Origin: Cercozoa sp. M6MM
Lineage: Eukaryota; Protista; Endomyxa: Ascetosporea
Assembly (NCBI GenBank): GCA_040357565.1
Contig: JBDODJ010000036.1
Reading direction: 5' to 3' (one strand)
DNA: 64,000 bases
Positions 11,060-19,997 of the stretch are shown here, one piece after another; position 1 is the first letter of the stretch; every line of letters starts with the position of its first letter. A program made the position numbers and the translations under genes. Below the pieces are notes generated by a model. It was given only the letters and a program-made list of their open reading frames with translations. It was not told the origin of the DNA and did not search any database.

Positions 11060-13712
11060 TCGAGCTAAGTTTTTCCGTCTCTGCCGAGCATGTTGATCTA
11101 CTCGAGCGTCGACAAGGCGTCGCGTCGCCCCTTATGGATGAGTATCATTGCAAGATTTTGAGTTTTACAGACAGAAAGTGAATTCCCTTTCTGTCTGTAA
11201 AACCCCAGTAACGGAAACAAATTTCGCATGTGGTTCTTAGTGCTTGGTGCCTTCGGTGCCAGCGTAATCGGGTATGCTTTTCTGATGTGGGCGGATGCTA
11301 ACAAAGCGAAAGCATCGGTCATGCCTGAGGGTATTTTTACAAAGCGCTACAACTGACAGCAGCATTTCACACCGATTTTCATTTTCGCAGTTGCCAGCCA
11401 TGGACATGTGTTTCACTGGGACAAACACGAAGATTACAGCTCGTTGATGTCAAAGCGGTTTACTCCTGAAGTAAACTTTTCATTCAACTTGCCTGCTGCT
11501 CATCCAAAAGTTGTGTAAGTCAACGTGTTGTTCCAACAGGTGTACCGAAAATTGAAAGGCATTCGCACAAACGAAACTGGCACTACGATTGAAGATGTGG
11601 TGCGTGATGCCTCTGTGTTTTCTTCCTTTTTCTTCGGTCTGACTCGCGGATTCCAGGTCAAGAGCGGTGTCGAAATGCCAAAGTCCAAGATTGGTACGAT
11701 TTGTTCAGACTGCGGCTGTTCCCCAGCTTCGGATTGATTATGTGGCGCATCCAGGTGCATATGCCACTGACGAAGAAAGCTATTGGTGACTCCCACCCTT
11801 TAAATTTCATCCCCGTTAAACCCCTGCCCTTACCTTACCCCCCCCCCCAGTAGGCGATTCAGCCAGCTGTTTTACAGCATCATTGCGGATTACCATAACA
11901 ACTACAACGCTTATTGGTCCGAGCATCATTGTAAGCAGTCAATTTAATTTGCCCATACATTATATTTATATTGCAATGTCGACTCACTCGGGTTGCGCAG
12001 CCGATTTGAACCCGAAGAAACTGTACCACCGCATGGACACGGAAAAGATGGAGCGATATGTTTTAAGCACGCGCATTCGTAAGTTTCATGTTTTGTAATA
12101 CCTAAAGTATACTATAAATTTAGGTGTACCCTGTAAATTTACCTGCAACATGCTATTCAGGAGTTGGACGGAATATTCGAGGTCTAGGATTGACTCCGGG
12201 TACCTCATGTTGGGTCTCTGCGTTAGATCTACAGTTTGTTTAATGATGGTTGCTTTGCTTTTTCCTGTAGGCCAGAATGCTTGGCAGCGAGCACAAGTTG
12301 CCGAAATTGCCAAAGATGCTCTGCAATTCTTCCGAGGCGAGCTGGAAGGTGAGTACATGCCAGTGAAAGACATGTCCGACCAGCTTCGACAAGAACTAGA
12401 GCGTGATCACCTGATGGCGGGAAACGACGACCCGTATCTCAAAGCAGCAGGAGTGTACAAGGTAAACCTGTCTGTCACCCGGGGGGATATTATACAACTT
12501 TTGCTGAGAGCTTTTTTGATCACGTTTTACCCAGGATTGGCCTGTGGGTCGCGGTGTCTTCGTCAATAATGCCAAGAACTTTGCAATCCAAGTAGGAGCT
12601 GAGGACAGCTTTCGCTTGATAAGTCAGGAGCCGGGTATAGTTAATTTACGCAGCTTGTTCTATATCCATCAAGGAACTTTGTCTTTGTTCCAGGCGCAAA
12701 CTTTCGCCGTGTACCACTACTTTTGAGAACTGTACCCTGTTTTGAGGGCAAGATTTAACTCACTTTGTGCAATAGGTTTTTTCACGCATGGTCCACGGGC
12801 TTAGTACGCTTGAGAAAGGCATCACGTCCTTAGGTTACGAATACTCGTGGAACCGTCACCTTGGCTTCATTCAGGTAAGCGAGAAGTGAAAAACTGCACA
12901 TGACCAGTCCTTTACAAAGGTGCTGGCTCGTACTTGAGACATGTTCTGTATATTTAGTCATGTCCCTCCAACCTGGGAACTGGACTTCGTTGTTCAGTTC
13001 ATGTCCGTTTGCCAAATTTGGTGAAATCTAAACGTCTGAACGAGTTGATCGAAAAATTGCAGGTAGAAAAAACTCACGCCCTCCTACATAAACTACCACT
13101 TTGCATGTCATTCTATCACGTTGCTTTCACGATTCAAATGACAGCTGGAGCTTCGCAGCGCTGTTGATGAGCACGCTGAATTAACTGGTGACGTTGTCGA
13201 GATCTCCAACAAGATAAGGGTACTGGCGACTGGCCGAGCCCTCTTGAAGATCTGTAGTTGTCCCCATAATTTAACTTTTTCAGCTTGGCTACACGGAAGT
13301 GGAGTTGGTGAACAAGCTGATTCGCGGAGTTGAGCAACTAATCGAGGAGGAGATTTTGCTTGAGCAACAAGCGGCCAGTGAGGGCGTCATCGTGTCTGAA
13401 ACCCTCCCGACAAAAGAAAAAAGCTCCCAGCAAAAACCGGTTGTACTCAAGAAAGAGAAACGAGTTGGGCCTCAGAAATCCCATTTGAAGCGGAAAAAGA
13501 AGACCCCCAAGAAGGAGAAAAAGAAGTCGCAAAAGCCTGATCAGCTTCGTGCTCTGGAACCCAAATTGCCGAAAGAGACGACCCTAGAGCAGTCGGAAGA
13601 GAAGACGAAGATTCTAGATGAGTCGAGCTATGAGCAAGAAGCCGAGGAGCAACCGAGTCAGTTGCTTGAAGAGCTATTTGTGGAGTTGGAAAGTGTCGGC
13701 GAGACTGAGTAG
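11060..13712 (+). CDS. Phosphagen kinase of arginine-kinase type, with N-terminal hydrophobic segment and charged C-terminal extension
   Basis: Spliced: SLMSKRFTPEVY, VKSGVEMPKSKIGAYATDEESY (short GS loop with Tyr, AK type), VLSTRIRVGRNI, DWPVGRGVFVN, SCPSNLGTGLRCSVHVRLP, EISNKIRLGYTEVELV. Stop at 13712; 5' end uncertain. Confidence 0.9.
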
Positions 13713-14238
13713 CGACCGGAGTAATACCATCACACTCAACTGGCACCGGTACAGTTGTTACAGACTGATTAAGATTATGCAGTCTCCGCGGGGTGAACCC
13801 GGACTGACCAGTTGGTCTACTATCGTTGAAGTAAATTTTAAAAGAGAAAGAAGAGTTAAGTTTGTGGCTCTGCGATTGAGCCTGCCAGTTGGCAAAAGAG
13901 AAAACCTCATCTACTTGGCATCAGCTGCTCAGTGTAAATTTACTGATATCCACCTCTACAGGTAAGCATTGGCTGCTGGTGATGCAAACAAACTAAGGAA
14001 CGTAAGAAAGTCTGTTCTTGGGAAGAGTGGCCAAGTGTCAGTTTGAAAGAGTGAGTTACCCCAACGGTTCAGTTGGGCGGCAAAGCACTAATGGACGGGA
14101 AAGTCACCCGTCAGATGGTAATTGAGTTGGCGTGAAGTAAAGAAAAGAAGAAGGACCTCTGGAAAGGCAGAGGACAGGTAGAAGCGAAGACAACTGGTCC
14201 TGGAGAGATCAGTTTGCCTGGTCGAAAGAGAGCCCTTC

Positions 14239-14359
14239 TTTGAGTTCAGCTGCAAAAAGCTTGCTACAAGGCTTCCCAGCGAACACACGTCAAAATCTTC
14301 CACACCTCCCTTGAGGATTTTTGTAAGTTGTAGGGTTGCTTCCGCGCGGATACAGTAGA
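14239..14359. repeat. Dispersed ~120-bp element, copy 1
   Basis: Aligns with 33469-33586, including a 34-nt identical core CCCAGCGAACACACGTCAAAATCTTCCACACCTC and a terminal GCTTCCGCGCGGAYACAGTAGA. Confidence 0.9.
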
Positions 14360-14445
14360 AGACACTCATGTTAGCGTTGTTTGAATACTGTAGCGTAGAA
14401 ACTGACCCCCCACCCCTTGCGTACGTACGGTACTCGACTCTCTCA

Positions 14446-15423
14446 TTAATCATCGATGTTCATGAGATCCTGCTGCGTGATGATGCCCAGGAGTTGGTCG
14501 TTTTTGGTGACGAACAATTGCGACAACGTGAGCATCGTGAACTGCACGCAAACACAAACACACCCAAGACACATGTCTCGGCGCAAGTTGCGAAGAGTAG
14601 GGTACCATGTAGTGAACCTTGCGCAGCGGAGTCGATGGGAACACCACTAATGGCGCATCGTTGATGAAGTGCGAGACAGCAGCAAAGTCGATCCTTGCCT
14701 GCACAGGATAGGGTGTATACACAGGGAACTGGAGTAAGGGTGGATACACGTACAGCCAAGGCGGCGTCAACAACGCGATGTTCCGTGTCGACGCCGTCCA
14801 ACTCCAGGTCATCACTGTCAGCAATGGTCGGCACGGCCGAGTGACCACGCGGCACGGCACCCAAGTCTGGTGGCCCGATCAAGTCAGCGTTGCTGTTGCG
14901 CTGCGCACTGCGCGACGCCGGCGGCAACTCGGTCGGCTGCTCGTCCGTGCGGAGGTGCGAGAAGTGCCAGCCCGTATCTGTACGAGTGAAGGCCCACTTG
15001 CGTCGCCATATCTGGAGGGAGGAGCCAGGGGATGGGGGAGGTATAAAGTAATAGGCAAGGGTACCTCCTGCCGGTGCGCGCGACGACGCTGAACGACGGC
15101 ACGCGGCGTGGCACCAATCTGCGAGGCTGCAGCTGACTCGCGACGCGTCACCACCTGCCCCGTCCAAGCCACACATGTGTAGATTCCTTAAAACCTCATA
15201 ACTATACCCCCAGTAACGGCCTACCTCGGTGAGTTTGTTGCGCGAAATACTGCCGAGCAACACGATGGAATCCTCCGTGACCTAAAGGGACAATGGGTAG
15301 GCGTCGGGTTGAGGGGTAAGGGGCGTGAAGAAGACGGTACCTGCACCAGTGGGAAGTGCGCAAAGTTGCAGTTCTCCAGCAGTCGCACCGCATCGGCAAA
15401 GGTACTACATGAGGTGAGAAGAT

Positions 15424-15516
<93 letters not shown>

Positions 15517-18500
15517 NNNNNNNNNNNNNNNNNNNNNNNNNNNNNNNNNNNNNNNNNNNNNNNNNNNNNNNNNNNNNNNNNNNNNNNNNNNNNNNNNNNN
15601 NNNNNNNNNNNNNNNNGGGGGGGGGGGGTAAATGTGTTACCTCAGCCGTCTTGGTGGTGGCGACCTCGTGGAACGTGGTGTCGTGCGGCAGACCCTTGCC
15701 GGTCTTGAGCACGTCATACACAGACACGGAGAAGGCCGAGGCCACGGCGTAGGCCAGAAGCACCGACAGCAGCACCGGCAGCACGTGGTGCAACTGACCC
15801 GTCAGTTCGAACACTATCAGTGCAGTCGACAGCCTGTTGCACCGGGAGGGGTAATGGGGGTAAATGGGGTGATGCGGAGGTAACAATACGTTCGCGTGAC
15901 ACCGGCCGTCAAAGCAGCAGCACCAACGACGGCGTAACTGCCCTGCACACACAACAATATAATACGGGAGGGGGGGGGGTTAAAGAGTTTATACCAGCTG
16001 GACATGCGAAGAGGCACTCATAATGCCCATCGCAACGGACAGCTCGGCCTACAGTAGGATAGGAAATGGGGTCAAGGGGGGGGGGTAAGAAAAGATACCC
16101 ACAAACGGCCAAACACAGCGCCAGTCGCGAACACTGGCGAAAACACTCCCGTCGGCAACGGCAGCAGCACACTCACCACTGCAATCACACGCGCACACCA
16201 GTCAGTGAGTCAGTGAGACGGTCAGTGAGTCAGTGAGTCGGTCAGTGAGTCAGAAGGGACCACGTGACCACAAAAAGTACCAGTCAGAGCGAGACGAACA
16301 AAGCAAAAAATCGCGAGGTTGAGCGGCACGTTCTATCAGACGGGAGGGAGGGGTAATGGGGCCAAGTAGATAGGGGTAAAGGGGCCAAATAGATAGGGGT
16401 AAAGGTAGAAAAGGGGATGGTGGCGGGGAGGAGTAAAAGTACAGGCGTGTTCCAGCGCGGAAAGTCGCGCAGGTCCTTGAGACTGAACATGTCGTTGATG
16501 GTCTGGTGTCCCTGGTGTCGTAGCATCGGCGGCAGTGTCAACAGACCGGCCAGAACGGCCACCACCACCGTACCCTTCCATCTGTACCACTGGGAGTAGA
16601 GGTACCAGGAGGCGCAAAGGACACAGGCTACCTGCAGGACAGCACGCGATGCACCTGGCGCAGCAGGCCGCCCAATAGACCGTGCGGCGAGGCAGGTCCG
16701 TGCGTGATAAAGTGACGAACGCGGGCCACACTCCTGTCCATACACCATAGGCAGATTAATGGGTATAGATAGATAGATATATAGGTAGATAGGTAGATAG
16801 GGAGGAAGATAGATAGATAGATAGATAGGGAGATAGGGAGATAGGGAGATAGGGAGATAGATAGACGAATGGATAGACAAGTAGAGAGATAGATAGATAG
16901 ACGAATGGGTAGACAAGTAGAGATAGATGGATGGATGGATAAATAGATAGACATATATATACATACAGTCAGGTGTAGATAGATAGGTAGACAGATAAAC
17001 ATAGATATAGACAGATATAGTGTTTATAAATATAGTACCACACGAAAAAGACGCCGAGACCGCCGCATGTGATTCCCAATAACGAGTACGACACCAGTCT
17101 GCAAGCAAGGGGTATAGGGCAGTAAGCGGAGGGCGGGGTGGGGGGAGGGGATAATTTACTGCCAGTCGAGTTCAAAGCGCTCGAAATCCGTTTCTCGGAA
17201 GAGCTCGGCGATGCCTACAACGGGAGGGGTGTAAAGGGGTGGGGGGCAGGGTTAAGGAGACGCACTCAACTCGCGCATGATGATGAAGACGCAGACCGTA
17301 ACGACGGCACAGTAAAAGCAGCGCCACAAGTTCGACACTTGGAAGTAACTCACCGTGATCTGGGGGGAGGGGTAAGAGAGGGTAAAAAGAGGGTGAGAGG
17401 GGGATTAAAACGGAGAAAGAGGGTGTTAAAAGGGGAATAAGACAGGGGGCTAAAATGAATGTGAGAAGAGACACCTCGATACTGAAGAGCACGCCACCGA
17501 CAGTGGTGCCAAAAGCAGCCGTCACACCGGCCGCCACCGCCGCCGCCAGCATGCGGCGCCGCAAGCCGCTGTCCGCGCGGATCCACTCAAACGACGGCAC
17601 ATACCTAGCCATCAACGTAAGCTATCGCGGGAGGGGGCAAAGGGAGGTATACCGCATGAGCAACTCGGCAATACACGCCGTGGCGTGAACGAAGGGACCT
17701 TCCTTGCCGACACTGAGACCACTTCCCAGGGCCAACGACAGACTGCGCGGGGGGGGGGGGGGGGAAAAGAGCAAGAGGGGTAAAAGTGGGGTTTACCCGA
17801 CACACTTGACGATGAGAGTGCGCAGCGACAGAAAGTAGCGCAAGTGCACGCCCATCAAGACCGAACGCATCTCGGGAATTCCGCTTCCCTGGGATCAAAG
17901 GAGGTAACAAGGAGGTAACAGGGGGAGGGGGGGGGGATGACCAAACAACGCACCTCGGCAGCACGCGAGACCACTCGGCACAGTGCAGTGGCCAGCAGAC
18001 TGAGTCAACCACACAGGTATACATACCCCTACCCCCAAGCATACAGGGCAGTGAGGTGCAATACCTGCAGATCACAGGCAGTACCACCCAACAAACCGGT
18101 CCTACTCACATACATATCCACCTAGTGCATAGGAGGACGAGAAAAGGTGCCTACCGATGCCCTTGTACTCCAGCAGGGCCTTTCGCAGCATGTGCAGTCC
18201 GAGGAAGGAGGCATCCACGGCCACACCTAAGGATACATGCACACACATATATTTATATCTGTATCAGACTGGTAAGCAGGGAGAAAGGCACCTAACAAGG
18301 CAGCAGCAATGGCGAGCAGTGTCAAGAATATCCAAATCGACGGCACGAAGGCATCTCTTCTCTGCGCGTATCTGACCATACCCCAACCCCCCAACTGACC
18401 CAACACAGGACACATGTAGCACCTTCCAAGCTTCTCGGAACTGCTCACTGCGCGACATACGACCTGCGTCACAGGTGAGGTTTAACGCTGTACACAAGAC

Positions 18501-18672
18501 AGTACAGGAAGAATTCTTGGCCACACCACTGGAATACGAGGTTTCATTATCGTCCTCGGCCACTGTGAATCTCGCCGACTACATTGTGCGAGAATATCAA
18601 CTAGTATATCCAATTCGCCTTTTAGGACCAGGCTACCTCAGGCTCGTCACCGTGCAGTGGCACCGCCATCAT
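14446..18672 (-). CDS. CLC-family chloride channel with two CBS domains (ClC-1/2-like)
   Basis: GSGIPEMR, GLSVGKEGPFVH, GVTAAFGTTVGGVLFSIEV, PTGVFSPVFATGAVFGR, YAVVGAAA, LSTALIVFELTGQLHH, SVYDV; CBS2 FTMLTLSQLFVTKNDQLLGIITQQDL. Stop at 14446. Confidence 0.95.
16199..16253. repeat. Intronic (GTCAGTGA)n tandem repeat
   Basis: About 5-6 copies of an 8-bp unit inside a CLC intron. Confidence 0.85.
16765..17020. repeat. Intronic (GATA/GATAGGGA)n satellite
   Basis: Direct reading; fills a ~300-bp CLC intron. Confidence 0.9.
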
Positions 18673-19025
18673 AAAGGCGCCCTCGTCCTCGAATGAAGAT
18701 ATAGATGACGCCATCCTACGCACACAACATTAGGCACCGCTTGCAGATCAACGCACTGACGCCAATTATATTGATTCTATTTCACCCTTCTAATCCTAGA
18801 GATCGCACAGCAAGTAGCTGGCGTAGCACCTCACACCTCGCACCTCGCGTCCCTGCGTTTTGGACACGACAGCTCTTTTATATTTTTGCGCACTCTATCT
18901 TTTATTGCAGACAAGCGCTAACGCTGACATCGCGGTATTCACACGCGTGCTCACGTTACACAGTGTGTGCTCAGTACTGCCTGTAGGCTAGCAGGTTGTA
19001 GTAGATTTTTTGTCAGAAGCCAGCA

Positions 19026-19826
19026 ATGCAGCGTCGTGTCGCCGGTTTTGCGCGCCGCCAGTTTAGCCAGATCGTCGAGAAGAGTGCCTTTGCTGCAACA
19101 GACTTGCCCGTTTGGATGTGCAAATATCGAAATGCCCGATTGATCATGCGTTTTGCTTCGGTAGGCAGCTCGAGTGGCTCTGTCGACCTCGCGCAGTCGC
19201 AGGCGCCAAAGCTCGCTGCGGTTCCCTTTTGTTTCGTGTCTCTTGTCTCGATTGTTTAGTTTAGTTCTAATGTCGTTGTTGCAGGCACCGAAGAAGGTGG
19301 CGAAGAAGGACCCGCTCAACTTCTCTCGTAACTTGCTTTCCCTTCAGTTGTCTTTTCTTTGTTTGTTTGTTACTGCTGCTCTTGTGCCCTTCCTGATGGA
19401 CAGAACGACTGCTCGTGTTTCTTGCCGGTTTTGGCACGGTACATCACGTCTCTCTCCTTGTGCTATAACCCTTTTCTTGCATCCTCCCTTGGTATTGGCA
19501 GGCCAGCGCACTCGGTCTGTACTCGGCGTACGAGGAGCTGCAGACGGCGCAGCGACAGATGAGCAAGGAATTCGCCGGCATCAAGGGTTTCTTTGCCTCT
19601 TCCTGCTGTCCTACTGTCCTCCTGTCCCACGCCTCCCTATTCTCTTACCTGTGCTCACAGGCGACATGGAACTCATGGCCAAGCGCATGGACACACTCAG
19701 CGAGCGACTCAACAAGCTTGTGCGTTTTGCCTTTCCTTCCGAGTGCATATATGTATGTACATGTGTCTGCTCTGTTGGCAGGAGTTCCCCGAGGCTGCCA
19801 ACGAGGAGGTCACGGAGACTGAGTAG
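19026..19826 (+). CDS. Small probable mitochondrial single-TM coiled-coil protein
   Basis: Arg-rich presequence-like start MQRRVAGFARRQFS; spliced QRLLVFLAGFGTASALGLYSAYEELQ (TM), followed by coiled coil ..MAKRMDTLSERLNKLE. Stop at 19826. Confidence 0.65.
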
Positions 19827-19997
19827 ACTGAACTGAAGTGTCTTGGAAGTTCCTGCATTGAGATCGAGCTGCATTGAGATCGAGATAGATATACGATATG
19901 GATATTGCGTTGGTCTCGTTGCATGTAAATTGACGCAAGTCAACTGCGCGGCGAGAGGCTGCGCTGAAGTAACGTAAAATAAACACCGACGGTCGCG

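Noticed and set aside
13900-13960. In-frame TGA as a selenoprotein candidate in the orphan minus-strand ORF
   Set aside because: The splice phase leads to a TAA stop in another frame. There is no redox motif and no convincing SECIS.
13770-13970. U1 snRNA-like match on the minus strand (ATGCTTACCTG ... GACTGCATAAT)
   Set aside because: It lacks the U1-70K loop (GAUCACGAAG), the U1A loop and a proper Sm site, and the 5' match is simply the complement of a CAG/GTAAG splice-donor-like sequence.
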